Positions 1 to 8,972 of a stretch of 32,000 nt of DNA are shown in pieces. The notes below the pieces were generated by a model, which did no database searches, was not told where the DNA came from, and saw only the letters and a list, made by a program, of their open reading frames with translations. The translations under genes and the position numbers were made by a program. Positions within the stretch are counted from its first letter, which is position 1. Every line of letters begins with the position of its first letter. Origin of the DNA: Desulfobulbus propionicus DSM 2032 (GTDB lineage Bacteria; Desulfobacterota; Desulfobulbia; Desulfobulbales; Desulfobulbaceae); contig NC_014972.1 in assembly GCF_000186885.1 (NCBI RefSeq), forward strand, positions 690,001-722,000, given 5' to 3'.

Positions 1-1044
1 CCGGGCGTGACCAGCGCCGGGCCCCGACTGCGCTCCCTCCATCCGGCCTTCACCTTTGAGCAGTTCATGGTCGGCGAATCAAACCTGTTGGCCCGATCCG
101 CCTGCCAGGCACTGGCCACCGGCGACGCCACCTTCGGCAACTGCCTGTTCATGAACAGCACCACCGGGCTGGGCAAGAGCCATCTGACCCAGGCCGTGGT
201 TCACCAGGTGCTGCGCTCCGCCCCGTCCACCCGGTTGCACTATCTCACCGCCCAGCAGTTTTCCGCCGAGATGGTCAAGGGCATCCGCACCAACGCCATG
301 GAGCAGTTCTCCAAAAAATACATCAACGACTGCGACATGCTACTGGTCGAGGACGTCCATACCCTGACCGGCAAGACCAAGACCCAGGAAGAACTCAACA
401 CCATCCTCGACTACCTGATCAAATCCGGCCGTCGGGTCATCCTGACCTCGGCCCTGCCGCCGACCAAGCTGGCGGGCATTGACGACGATTTCCGCAGTCG
501 CATGACCTCGGGCCTGGTCACCGGCATTGAGTCGCCCGATTACGAAACCCGGGCGCGGATCATCCGCCACAAGCTGCAGATGCACGGCCTGGGCGCGGAC
601 GAGGACTTGGTGGGTTTCATGGCCGAGAGTCTGCAGGGCGATGTCCGCCGCATGGAGAGCGCGATCATCGGCATCAAGGCCAAGTCCTGCCTGCTGGGCG
701 CGCCGCCGGATCTGGGCATGGTCCGGGAGGTGGTGTACGGGCTGATCGGCAGCCGGGCGGACATCACCGGCGAGGCGATCCGCGAGCTGATCGGCCGCCA
801 GTTTCGGGTCAGCATCGAGGACCTGTGCTCCCGCTCGCGCAAGCGCTCGATCACCTTTCCCCGCCAGCTGGCCATGTACCTCACCCGCAAGTACACCACC
901 AAGTCGCTGGCCGACATCGGCAGTCTGTACAACCGCGACCATTCGACCGTGCTCTACGCTATCAAGACCATCACCAAGGACATGTCGCAGCAGACCACGG
1001 TGCGGCAGCAGGTGGAACTGCTCTCCGCCAAGCTGAAGAACTAG
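1..1044 (+). CDS. dnaA: DnaA-family replication initiator, 5'-truncated by window edge (AAA+ domain III plus DNA-binding domain IV)
   Basis: Frame is open from base 1, so the ORF-track start at 7 is only the first GTG. Walker A TTGLGKSH, Walker B LLVEDVH, DnaA-type C-terminal HTH (FPRQLAMYLTRKYTTKSLADIGSLYNRDHSTVLYAIKTI). Confidence 0.85.
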   Translation, partial: PGVTSAGPRLRSLHPAFTFEQFMVGESNLLARSACQALATGDATFGNCLFMNSTTGLGKSHLTQAVVHQVLRSAPSTRLHYLTAQQFSAEMVKGIRTNAMEQFSKKYINDCDMLLVEDVHTLTGKTKTQEELNTILDYLIKSGRRVILTSALPPTKLAGIDDDFRSRMTSGLVTGIESPDYETRARIIRHKLQMHGLGADEDLVGFMAESLQGDVRRMESAIIGIKAKSCLLGAPPDLGMVREVVYGLIGSRADITGEAIRELIGRQFRVSIEDLCSRSRKRSITFPRQLAMYLTRKYTTKSLADIGSLYNRDHSTVLYAIKTITKDMSQQTTVRQQVELLSAKLKN

Positions 1045-1083
1045 CCCGCCCGCCTCGCGGTCCGGCCAGCTTTCGGGCCGAGG

Positions 1084-2484
1084 TCAGAAGTAGACCCCCT
1101 TGACCTCGGCCCGGTTCGTTGCGGTGACACCGGTCCCGATCCGGTGTGCCATCCGGCACGCCTCCTTGACCATGTCGTTGATCCCGATTCCCTTCCAGCC
1201 AAAACCGCACAGATGGAGATCGGCGTGGGCGGCATGGATCTCGTCCCGCCAGCGGAGCAACTCGGGATAGCCGGCCTCCAGCTGGGGAATGGCGGCCCGG
1301 GGCCGGAGCACGGCGCTGAAGCAGGGCGGCGGCAGCTCCATCAGCTCCTGGAGATCGGCGTGGACCGACTCGATCAGTTGATCATCGCTCAGTTCCAGCC
1401 GCTCGGGATGGCGGCGGCCGCCGACCAGGGCCTCGACGAGCTGACACCCTTGCGGCGCCCGGCCGGGAAACATGTGCGAGGAAAACAGGGCGCCGAGGGC
1501 GAAGCGTTGCTCGCGCTCGGGTGCCAGGTAGCCGAAACCAAAGGGGATGCGGGCGCGCTGGTCATAACCGAGCAACACCGAGAGGATGCGGGCTTCGGGA
1601 ATCTGGGGCAACGGCGGAGGCGTTTCCGGCAGGGCGGGGGCAAGGAGATGCAGGCAAGGATTGACCGGCAGGGCCACCACCAGGTGGCGGCAGGTGATGT
1701 CCGCCTGTTCGGTCTGCACCAGCCAGCCGCCCTCATCGCGCTCGATACCCCGGACCGGGTTGCCGTACAGGATCTCTTTTCCCGCCCGCAGACCGGCCGC
1801 CAGCCGGGTCGGCAGCATGGCCATGCCGCCGCTGAAACTGGTCATGGCCGGCAGGTGTTTCTTGCCTTTTTTCGCTCCCTTACCCTTCCGCATTTTGTGG
1901 ACCACGCCGCGAATCACCGAGCCGTGCATCCGCTCCAGCTCACGCACCCCGGGCATGACCGCGTCGATCTTCAGCCGCTCGAAGTCGCCGGCATAGGTGC
2001 CGGTGAATACCGCATCGGCAAAGGGCAGCAGGGCCTTGCCGAACCGGTGCGCCACCCACTGGGCCACCGACGGCTCCCCCGCCAGCGGCTTTTGCCACAG
2101 ATCGGCCAGCACCCGTAGCTTGGCCCCCCAGGAGACGAGCGGTTCCCGCAGAATGGCCAGCGGTTTTTGCGGGATGCACCGCAGGCGGCCATCCAGGCAC
2201 ACATAGCGGACAAAGCGGCCGAGCGGCGCGCTGGTTATCTCTGCCTCCAGGCCGGCCAGACGGATCAGTTCGCGGCTCTCGTCGCAGTTGTCGAGGAAGC
2301 CGTGTGGTCCCCATTCGGCCAGATAGCCGGCGTCGTTGTAGGTGGCGATGGCGCCACCCGGCACGGCGGCCTGCTCCAGGACCATGATGTTCAACTCAGG
2401 CCATTGCTGGCGGACAAACGCGGCGGTGCTCAGGCCGGAAAGGCCCCCGCCGATGATGCATAAATCGTGTTGGGTCGTCTGCAT
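1084..2484 (-). CDS. hemY: Protoporphyrinogen/coproporphyrinogen oxidase-like FAD-dependent oxidoreductase (HemY family)
   Basis: N-terminal Rossmann motif DLCIIGGGLSGLS and HemY-like C-terminus (LHLCGFGWKGIGINDMVKEA). Start placed at ATG 2484 (MQTTQHDLCIIGGG) because the dinucleotide-binding motif normally lies within about 10 residues of the N-terminus. The ORF-track start at 2631 adds 49 non-conserved-looking residues. Confidence 0.7.
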   Translation of the reverse strand: MQTTQHDLCIIGGGLSGLSTAAFVRQQWPELNIMVLEQAAVPGGAIATYNDAGYLAEWGPHGFLDNCDESRELIRLAGLEAEITSAPLGRFVRYVCLDGRLRCIPQKPLAILREPLVSWGAKLRVLADLWQKPLAGEPSVAQWVAHRFGKALLPFADAVFTGTYAGDFERLKIDAVMPGVRELERMHGSVIRGVVHKMRKGKGAKKGKKHLPAMTSFSGGMAMLPTRLAAGLRAGKEILYGNPVRGIERDEGGWLVQTEQADITCRHLVVALPVNPCLHLLAPALPETPPPLPQIPEARILSVLLGYDQRARIPFGFGYLAPEREQRFALGALFSSHMFPGRAPQGCQLVEALVGGRRHPERLELSDDQLIESVHADLQELMELPPPCFSAVLRPRAAIPQLEAGYPELLRWRDEIHAAHADLHLCGFGWKGIGINDMVKEACRMAHRIGTGVTATNRAEVKGVYF

Positions 2485-2527
2485 GGGGTGCTCGTTGGTG
2501 GGCCGTTTGGCGGCGCGTGGCGGTTGT

Positions 2528-2558
2528 CTTGACAGGGTTTCAATCGTGCTTACCATGT
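2528..2558 (+). promoter_or_regulatory. Candidate sigma-32 (heat-shock) promoter for htpG
   Basis: CTTGACA (2528-2534), about 16 nt spacer, then TACCATGT (2551-2558), compared with the E. coli consensus CTTGAAA / CCCCATNT. A second CCCCATTT box lies at 2643-2650 but has a poor -35. Motif match by eye only. Confidence 0.3.
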
Positions 2559-2665
2559 TGGCCGGATAAAGGGAAGAGGCTTTATCCCCCTGGTATTGTC
2601 GGGAAATTCTCCTTTTTCCGACGCTGAGCACAATCCATCATCCCCCATTTTCGAGGAACAGCCCC

Positions 2666-4558
2666 ATGACAGATGCACAGGTTGAAACCAAGCAGTTTCA
2701 GGCGGAGACCAGAAAGGTCCTGGATATCGTCATCAACTCACTGTACACCGAGCGCGACATCTTTGTCCGCGAGCTGGTTTCCAATGCCGCCGATGCCCTG
2801 GAAAAATTTCGTCACCAGAGCCTGATCGACAAGATCGAATTCGATGCCCACGTGCCGCTGGAAATCACCATCGATTGCGACGATAAAAAACACATCCTGA
2901 CCATCGCCGACACCGGTATCGGCATGACCCGGGAAGAGTTGGAAACCAACCTGGGCACCATCGCCCACTCGGGCTCCAAGCATTTTTTCGAGCAGCTGGC
3001 CGAGGCGGCCAAGAAGGACGTCAATCTCATCGGCCAGTTCGGCGTCGGTTTTTACTCGGTGTTCATGGCTGCCAAGGCGGTACGGGTACAGACCCGTTCC
3101 TGGGACGGCGGCGACGGCTGGGAGTGGGCCTCGGACGGCGGCGGCACCTATACCCTCAGCCCCTGTCCCGGCCTGCATCGAGGCACCAAGATCATCATCG
3201 AGCTCAAGGACGATGCCCACACCTACGCCTCCAAGTTCACCATCGAGCGCATCATCCAGCAGTACTCGACCTTTGTTCCCTTCCCGGTCAAGGTCGAGGG
3301 CAAGACGGTCAACACCGTCCAGGCCATCTGGACCCGGTCCAAGTCCGAGATCACCGACGAGGAGTACACCGAATTCTACAAGTTCATCGGCAATGCCGTG
3401 GATGACCCCATGTATCGCCTTCACTTTTCCGCCGACGCGCCGCTGGCCATCAACGCCCTGGTCTACGTGCCCAAGGAGAACTTCGAGGTGCTGGGCATGG
3501 GCCGGATGCAGCCCGGGGTCAACCTCTACTGCCAGAAGGTGCTGATCGACCAGCACAGCGAGAACATCCTGCCTGAGTGGCTGCGGTTTTTGAAAGGCGT
3601 GGTCGATTCCGAAGACCTGCCGCTCAATATCTCCCGCCAGTCGCTCCAGGACAACGCCCTGGTGCTCAAGCTGCGCAAGGTGCTGACCAAGCGGGTGATC
3701 AAGTTCCTGGCCGAGGAGGCCGAGCGCGATGCCGACAAATACCGCGAGTTCTGGAAGACCTTTGGCATCTTCCTCAAGGAGGGCGTGACCTCGGATTTCG
3801 AGCACCGCACCGAACTGGCCAAGCTGCTGCGCTTCGAGTCCTCGGCCAGCGAGCCGGGCACGATGATCTCGCTCGACGAGTATGTCGGCCGGATGCGGGA
3901 GGGCCAGGACAAGATCTATTATATCAACGGCCCCAGCCGGGCCGCGGTCGAGTACGGCCCCTACGTGGAGATGTTCAAGAAGCGCGGGATTGAGATCTTC
4001 TACACCCTGGAGCCGATCGACGATTTCGTTCTCAACCACCTGGGCGAGTACAACGGCAAAAAACTGGTTTCCGCCGACCGCGCCGACCTGAGCCTGCCCG
4101 AGACCACGCCTGCCGCCAGCGAGGAGGGCGCCAAGGAATCGGGCGAGCCGCTGGCCGAGGCGGTGATGACCTCGCTGTGCCGGTGGATGAAGGAAGTGCT
4201 CGGCGATCGCATCCAGGAGGTCAAGGCCTCCAGCCGCCTGGTGGACAGTCCGGCGATGATCGTCAACGTCGACGGCTACATGACCTCGTCCATGGAACGG
4301 ATTCTCAAGGCCTCCGGCCAGACCGAGGCCTTTGGCATGGGCTCGAAGAAAGACATGGAGATCAATGCCAAGAGTCCGCTGATCAAACAGCTGGCGGGCC
4401 TGCGCGAAAGCGACGGGGATTTTGCCCGCGACGTGGTCGAACAGCTGTACGACAACGCCATGATTCAGGCCGGCCTGCTGGTCGATCCGATGGTGATGGT
4501 GCAGCGCAACTACCGCATTCTCGAGCGGGTGACCGGCAAGACGGCACCGGCGGCGTGA
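2666..4558 (+). CDS. htpG: Molecular chaperone HtpG (Hsp90 family)
   Basis: 630 aa. GHKL ATPase motifs ELVSNAADALEK, DTGIGMT, GQFGVGFYS. Full-length Hsp90 middle and C-terminal regions. Confidence 0.95.
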   Translation: MTDAQVETKQFQAETRKVLDIVINSLYTERDIFVRELVSNAADALEKFRHQSLIDKIEFDAHVPLEITIDCDDKKHILTIADTGIGMTREELETNLGTIAHSGSKHFFEQLAEAAKKDVNLIGQFGVGFYSVFMAAKAVRVQTRSWDGGDGWEWASDGGGTYTLSPCPGLHRGTKIIIELKDDAHTYASKFTIERIIQQYSTFVPFPVKVEGKTVNTVQAIWTRSKSEITDEEYTEFYKFIGNAVDDPMYRLHFSADAPLAINALVYVPKENFEVLGMGRMQPGVNLYCQKVLIDQHSENILPEWLRFLKGVVDSEDLPLNISRQSLQDNALVLKLRKVLTKRVIKFLAEEAERDADKYREFWKTFGIFLKEGVTSDFEHRTELAKLLRFESSASEPGTMISLDEYVGRMREGQDKIYYINGPSRAAVEYGPYVEMFKKRGIEIFYTLEPIDDFVLNHLGEYNGKKLVSADRADLSLPETTPAASEEGAKESGEPLAEAVMTSLCRWMKEVLGDRIQEVKASSRLVDSPAMIVNVDGYMTSSMERILKASGQTEAFGMGSKKDMEINAKSPLIKQLAGLRESDGDFARDVVEQLYDNAMIQAGLLVDPMVMVQRNYRILERVTGKTAPAA

Positions 4559-4667
4559 ACGGTTTTCCGGTACTCAGAGCCCTGCCGGGCGGTCACCGGA
4601 TGCGGCAACGAGGTGTAACCTGTCGGTTCTTGGTTCGATTGCGCCGGCGGGTTCGAGTCTGAGGTTG

Positions 4668-4708
4668 AAAAAAGGTTGTGTTCACGATATATGAACACAA
4701 CCTTTTTT
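4668..4708 (+). terminator. Rho-independent terminator after htpG
   Basis: Perfect hairpin AAAAAAGGTTGTGTTCA / TGAACACAACCTTTTTT with a 7-nt loop (4685-4691) and a 3' T-run. The A-run on the left arm gives it a bidirectional shape. Confidence 0.85.
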
Positions 4709-4739
4709 CTTTGCACGAATTGTTCCTGGAGGGAATTCG

Positions 4740-5117
4740 ATGCGTCAATCCCTGTTCATCTGTCTCCTTGCGTTTCTTGTGCTTGCCGGTTGTTCCACCA
4801 AGCAGGTGCGTCACCTTGCCTCGGACGCCTCCCTGATCAAGCCGGGGCAGTCCACGGTCAAGGATGTGCAAAAATATCTGGGCGAGCCCGACAGCCGGCG
4901 GGAAGTCTCCCCCGGGGTGAGCGAATTCGTCTACTACGAGGATCGGCCGGGCTTGTTCGGCAACACACCCATTCTCGGCTCCATGACCGGGCCATCCGGC
5001 TACGAGATGATCGTTTTCACCATCGAGCACGACATGGTGACCAGCAGCGAGTTCCGCAATTTCAACGAATCCGACCGCAAGTGGGCGGAAGACTACACCT
5101 GGGAAGAGGTCAAGTGA
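4740..5117 (+). CDS. Small lipoprotein, BamE/SmpA-OmlA-like
   Basis: Signal peptide with lipobox LLAFLVLAG-C. The segment IKPGQSTVKDVQKYLGEPD resembles the BamE-type domain opening. The stop overlaps the pcm start (GTGA at 5114-5117). Confidence 0.7.
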   Translation: MRQSLFICLLAFLVLAGCSTKQVRHLASDASLIKPGQSTVKDVQKYLGEPDSRREVSPGVSEFVYYEDRPGLFGNTPILGSMTGPSGYEMIVFTIEHDMVTSSEFRNFNESDRKWAEDYTWEEVK

Positions 5118-5767
5118 GCCCACCCTCGACCTTTGACATCAATCGCGAGCGGATGATCGAGGAGCAGCTGGTTGCCCGGGGGATCACCGATCAGCGGGTG
5201 CTGGAGGCCATGCGCACCGTGCCTCGGCATCTGTTCGTCGAGGACGCCATCCGGGCCCAGGCCTACGGGGATTTCCCCCTGCCCATCGGCAGCGGCCAAA
5301 CCATCTCCCAGCCCTACGTGGTCGCCCTCATGACCCTGGCCCTGCGCCTGACCGGCTCGGAAAAGGTGCTGGAGATCGGCACCGGTTCCGGCTACCACGC
5401 GGCCGTCCTCTCCCGCCTCTGTCAGCGGGTGTACACGGTGGAGCGGATCGACGGCCTGGTCAGCCGGGCGCGCAAGGTGTTTGACCGGCTCCGCTACCAC
5501 AACATCGTCTCGCGCATCGACGACGGCACCGTGGGCTGGCCTTCCGAAGCCCCCTTCGACGCGATCGTCGTCACCGCCGGCGGTCCTCGGGTTCCCGAGC
5601 CTCTGATCGCCCAGCTGGCCGATCCGGGCCGGCTGATCATGCCGGTTGGCGGCCAGGACGTGCAGGAACTGCAATTGGTGGAGAAACACGAGGGCAGTGT
5701 CAGGGTGACCACCATTGAACAGGTGCGTTTCGTCGACCTGATCGGCGCCTACGGCTGGCCCAACTAA
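5114..5767 (+). CDS. pcm: Protein-L-isoaspartate O-methyltransferase
   Basis: GQTISQPYVVALM and the SAM motif VLEIGTGSGYHAAVL. Start set at GTG 5114 (VSPPSTFDINRERMIEEQL), giving 217 aa, typical for Pcm. The longer ORF-track start at 4676 overlaps the lipoprotein gene in another frame. Confidence 0.9.
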   Translation: MSPPSTFDINRERMIEEQLVARGITDQRVLEAMRTVPRHLFVEDAIRAQAYGDFPLPIGSGQTISQPYVVALMTLALRLTGSEKVLEIGTGSGYHAAVLSRLCQRVYTVERIDGLVSRARKVFDRLRYHNIVSRIDDGTVGWPSEAPFDAIVVTAGGPRVPEPLIAQLADPGRLIMPVGGQDVQELQLVEKHEGSVRVTTIEQVRFVDLIGAYGWPN

Positions 5768-5946
5768 ACCGCGATAGCCGTTGTCCGGCCGCGCCGGATG
5801 CGCTCTTGCACCGTTCCGTTCCCTTTCCGGTTCCCCCCTTTGTCCTGATTGTCCCGCGGACATGCCGCGTCCTTGCTTCTTCCGCCCGTGGGCACAACGG
5901 GAACCAGGCGCGGGCTCCTTTTTCTCGCTCAAATCGAAGGGTATCG

Positions 5947-7776
5947 ATGTCATTTCTCAACAGCGATTCACTCCTTGATCTGCTGGTCAAGGAACAGGTG
6001 CTCACCGGCGAGCAGCGCCAGATGGTTATTCTCCACAAAGGCAAACAGCGGCAAAAATTGCTCAAACAAGCGGGCGGCCGCCGCCAGGGCGATGAAAACC
6101 GGACCGACCGGGGCTTTCCCGATCTGGTCGACATCATCCTCTCGCTGGGCCTGGAGGTCAGCGGTTCGCCGGGCACGCCCCTGAGCGAGGAGATCATCAT
6201 GCGCGCCGTCAGCCACCGGTTGAAGATTCCCTTCAAGAAGCTCGACCCGCTGGAGCTGGACATGGACACCGTCACCAAGACGATTCCCCGCTCGTTCGCC
6301 ATCAACCACCTGATCCTGCCCCTGGAGCTGCGCAACGGCGTGCTTGATGTGGTCACCTACCACCCGGACAACCACCACGTGCTCGAGGATATCGAGCGGG
6401 CCAATCAGGTCAAGGTGCGGCCGTTTCTGTCCACCCGCACCGATATCAGGAAGATTCTGGCCGAGTTCTTCGGCTTTCAGCGCTCGATCACCGCCGCCGA
6501 ATCGCAGTTCGGCACCACCGGCACCGCGGCCACGGTGGACATCGGCAACCTGGAGCAGTACGTCCGCCTGGCCTCGACCAAGGAACTGAGCTCCACCGAT
6601 CAGCACATCAAGGCGGCGGTCAACCATCTGTTCAGTTATGCCCTGGAGCAGCGCGCCAGCGACATCCATATCGAACCCAAGCGGGACATCTGCCTGGTGC
6701 GCTTCCGCATCGACGGCATTCTGCATACCATCTACAAGCTGCCCAAGGCGGTCCATTCCGCCATCACCTCTCGGATCAAGAGCCTGGCCCGGCTGGATAT
6801 CGCCGAAAAGCGCCGTCCCCAGGATGGGCGCATCAAGATCGGCCGAAGGGAAGAGGACCGCGAAGCCGAGATCCGCGTGTCCACCGTGCCGGTGGCCTTC
6901 GGCGAGAAGACGGTCATGCGTATCCTCAATCCAGAGGTGATCTTTCAGCAGCTCGACCACCTCGGCTTCTCCCGGCGCGATCGGGTGGTGTACAACAGCT
7001 TCATGACCGCGGCCCACGGCATCGTTCTGGTGACCGGCCCGACCGGCAGCGGCAAGTCGACCACCCTCTATTCGACCCTCAAGCAGATCGCCACCCCGGA
7101 AAAGAACATCATCACCGTCGAGGACCCGGTGGAAATGGTCTACGAGGAGTTCAACCAGATCGCGGTGCAGTCGCAGATCGACGTCACCTTTTCCACCATT
7201 CTGCGCAACATCCTCCGCCAGGACCCGGACATCATCATGATCGGCGAGATTCGCGACCTGGAAACCGCCACCCACGCGGTCCAGGCCGCCCTCACCGGGC
7301 ATCTGGTGTTTTCCACCCTGCACACCAACGATGCGGTGTCCACCATCATCCGTTTGCAGGATCTGGGGCTGGAACCCTTTCTCATCGCCTCGACCATGCT
7401 CGGGGCCCTGGCGCAGCGGTTGGTGCGGCGCATCTGCCCCCACTGCGCCGAACCCTACACCGTTGACGCCGCCGAACTGCGCAAACTGGGCTTCCCGGTG
7501 AGCGGCCGGGAGACGGTGGAGCTGACCCGGGGCAAGGGCTGTCTCCAGTGCCGCAACACCGGCTATCTCGGCCGGATGGGCATCTTCGAGATTTTTCCCA
7601 TGTCCGAGCAGTTGAAAAAACTGATCGCCGCCCGGGCCAACGACTCGGATCTGCGCCAGGTGGCCATCCGCGAAGGCATGACCACCCTGCGCGAGGATGC
7701 CTGGCGCAAGGTGCAGACGGGCCTGACCACCGTGGAGGAGGCCCTGCGGGTGACCGGAGAAATGGAGGCGGTGTGA
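5947..7776 (+). CDS. GspE/PilB/MshE-family secretion ATPase (orphan copy, no adjacent secretion genes)
   Basis: Walker A GPTGSGKST, Walker B IIMIGEIRD, His box GHLVFSTLHTND, tetracysteine CPHC...CLQC, N-terminal T2SSE_N-like region. Start set at ATG 5947 (MSFLNSDSLLDLL). The upstream 47 codons of the ORF look non-coding. Confidence 0.85.
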   Translation: MSFLNSDSLLDLLVKEQVLTGEQRQMVILHKGKQRQKLLKQAGGRRQGDENRTDRGFPDLVDIILSLGLEVSGSPGTPLSEEIIMRAVSHRLKIPFKKLDPLELDMDTVTKTIPRSFAINHLILPLELRNGVLDVVTYHPDNHHVLEDIERANQVKVRPFLSTRTDIRKILAEFFGFQRSITAAESQFGTTGTAATVDIGNLEQYVRLASTKELSSTDQHIKAAVNHLFSYALEQRASDIHIEPKRDICLVRFRIDGILHTIYKLPKAVHSAITSRIKSLARLDIAEKRRPQDGRIKIGRREEDREAEIRVSTVPVAFGEKTVMRILNPEVIFQQLDHLGFSRRDRVVYNSFMTAAHGIVLVTGPTGSGKSTTLYSTLKQIATPEKNIITVEDPVEMVYEEFNQIAVQSQIDVTFSTILRNILRQDPDIIMIGEIRDLETATHAVQAALTGHLVFSTLHTNDAVSTIIRLQDLGLEPFLIASTMLGALAQRLVRRICPHCAEPYTVDAAELRKLGFPVSGRETVELTRGKGCLQCRNTGYLGRMGIFEIFPMSEQLKKLIAARANDSDLRQVAIREGMTTLREDAWRKVQTGLTTVEEALRVTGEMEAV

Positions 7777-7783
7777 TTTTTTC

Positions 7784-7812
7784 CTGGCATTCCGGCAAAC
7801 ACGACCTATAGT
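7784..7812 (+). promoter_or_regulatory. Candidate sigma-70 promoter for smpB
   Basis: CTGGCA (7784-7789), 17 nt spacer, TATAGT (7807-7812), 36 nt upstream of the smpB ATG. Motif match only. Confidence 0.35.
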
Positions 7813-7848
7813 GCCGGCAGAAGCGGCAACCAGGAGCACGAGCAGGCA

Positions 7849-8304
7849 ATGGCACAGAAGATCGTCAGTAAAAATAAAAAGGCCTTTCACGATTACCACA
7901 TCGAGCAGACCTTCGAGGCCGGAATGGTGCTCAGCGGGCCGGAGGTCAAATCGTTGCGCGCCGGCAAGGTCAACCTCCGCGACGGCTACGCCCAGCTCAA
8001 GGACGGCGAGGTCTTTTTGTACAACGTGCATATCTCGCCCTACTCCTACGCCACCCACATCAACCAGGACCCGCTGCGGGTGCGCAAGCTGCTGTTGCAC
8101 CGCCGCGAGATCCGCAAGCTGATCGGTAAGCTGCACGAGAAAGGCATTGCGCTGATCCCACTCAAGATATATTTTATCGCCAATGGCAAAGCCAAGGTGG
8201 AACTGGGCCTCGCCAAAGGAAAAAAACTCTACGACAAACGGGCAGCCCTCAAGGAAAAGCAATCCGACCGCGACATGGAACGCTCCATGCGGCGCGACGA
8301 CTGA
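7849..8304 (+). CDS. smpB: SsrA-binding protein SmpB
   Basis: 151 aa. [38 protein letters not shown] is a typical SmpB N-terminus. The gene lies immediately upstream of the tmRNA. Confidence 0.95.
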   Translation: MAQKIVSKNKKAFHDYHIEQTFEAGMVLSGPEVKSLRAGKVNLRDGYAQLKDGEVFLYNVHISPYSYATHINQDPLRVRKLLLHRREIRKLIGKLHEKGIALIPLKIYFIANGKAKVELGLAKGKKLYDKRAALKEKQSDRDMERSMRRDD

Positions 8305-8350
8305 TCCAGGCTGGGCGGCCCCATCTATAGAATGTTTTTGTATCCAATAT

Positions 8351-8711
8351 GGGGGCGAAACGGATTCGACGGGGATATTGAAGCTTGATGTTGCATGCCG
8401 AGTTTCTGTCAGCTCGTAAAAATGACGGAATTAAATATAATCGCAGACGATTATAACTACGCTCTGGCAGCCTAAACAGCTGCTGAGCCGTCCCACCGGT
8501 CTTTGCCTGTAAGGCCGGATTCGGGGCGTCGACTCCACAGGCTGGTTGGTTGCGCATGCCCGGGGCGCAACCAACGAGACTTTCCGGGCTGGCATCCGAG
8601 TATCCCTGTTCCGGGTGAGAGACGGATGCGAGAACCAATCCCGGAACTACGCATGTAGAGACACGAGGGGAGAATTTTCGGACGCGGGTTCAACTCCCGC
8701 CGCCTCCACCA
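8351..8711 (+). ncRNA. ssrA: tmRNA (SsrA), one-piece
   Basis: The 5' GGGGGCGAAACGGATTCGACGGGG pairs with the 3' CGCCTCCACCA, including the G3:U pair. T-arm GCGGGTTCAACTCCCGC. Internal tag ORF GCA GAC GAT TAT AAC TAC GCT CTG GCA GCC TAA at 8443-8475. Confidence 0.95.
8443..8475 (+). other. tmRNA tag-peptide reading frame, ADDYNYALAA-stop
   Basis: In-frame GCA resume codon to TAA. Ends in the canonical YALAA degradation signal. Confidence 0.85.
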
Positions 8712-8728
8712 TTTTCTTTAAAAAATTA

Positions 8729-8787
8729 ACGGGTTATGACGTAAGGGGCTGCTTCTGCCATCCCCGGTCGTCGCCCGTTTTTTTTTT
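8729..8787 (+). terminator. Probable ssrA terminator (compound hairpin plus 10-T run)
   Basis: ACGGG..GACG..GGGG-loop-CCCC..CGTC..CCCGT, followed by T-run 8778-8787. Confidence 0.55.
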
Positions 8788-8884
8788 GCTGCGGAAGAGA
8801 AACACGATAAATCTACCGGACAAATCACCAGGAGTGATTATCATTAAAAACACAGGAAGAGGGAGGAAACGAACTCAACCATGC

Positions 8885-8913
8885 TTGACCCTCCAAGAAA
8901 AAAGGCGTTATCT
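8885..8913 (+). promoter_or_regulatory. Candidate sigma-70 promoter for the small orphan gene
   Basis: TTGACC (8885-8890), 17 nt spacer, TTATCT (8908-8913). Motif match only. Confidence 0.3.
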
Positions 8914-8972
8914 TGAAGGCAAAGGCGAATAAATAAAAATGCCACCAGCTCTGTGGAGCAGGAGGTGTGATA

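Noticed and set aside
1084-2631. Full 515-aa version of the HemY-family ORF starting at 2631
   Set aside because: The extra 49 N-terminal residues precede the Rossmann GxGxxG motif by an atypically long distance and look non-conserved. The internal ATG at 2484 gives the standard architecture. This remains uncertain without homologue alignment.
4620-4665. Two tRNA T-loop-like strings (GGTTCGATT and GGGTTCGAGTC) in the htpG 3' region, suggesting a tRNA or tRNA fragment
   Set aside because: The flanking bases do not form a T-stem (GCGGG versus CTGAG; CTTGG versus GCGCC), and no acceptor or anticodon arms can be drawn. They are probably chance matches within the 3' UTR.
5968-8262. 764-aa ORF on the minus strand, plus similar long antisense ORFs at 2738-4039 (-), 14459-16834 (+), 17191-18186 (-), 18093-19733 (-), 24023-25555 (-) and 28329-30137 (-)
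   Set aside because: Each lies antisense to a gene with strong family motifs (ATPase/smpB, htpG, hsdR, crotonase, propeller protein, gspL, gspD). Their translations are Gly/Ala/Arg/Asp/Leu/Val-rich with no recognisable motifs. This is the usual stop-codon-poor antisense frame of high-GC DNA.
8305-8350. TATAGAAT at 8326-8333 as the ssrA promoter -10 element
   Set aside because: The -10 (TAGAAT) is plausible, but no acceptable -35 lies at 16-19 nt spacing, so it was not reported as a feature. It could still be a real promoter giving a short RNase P-processed leader.
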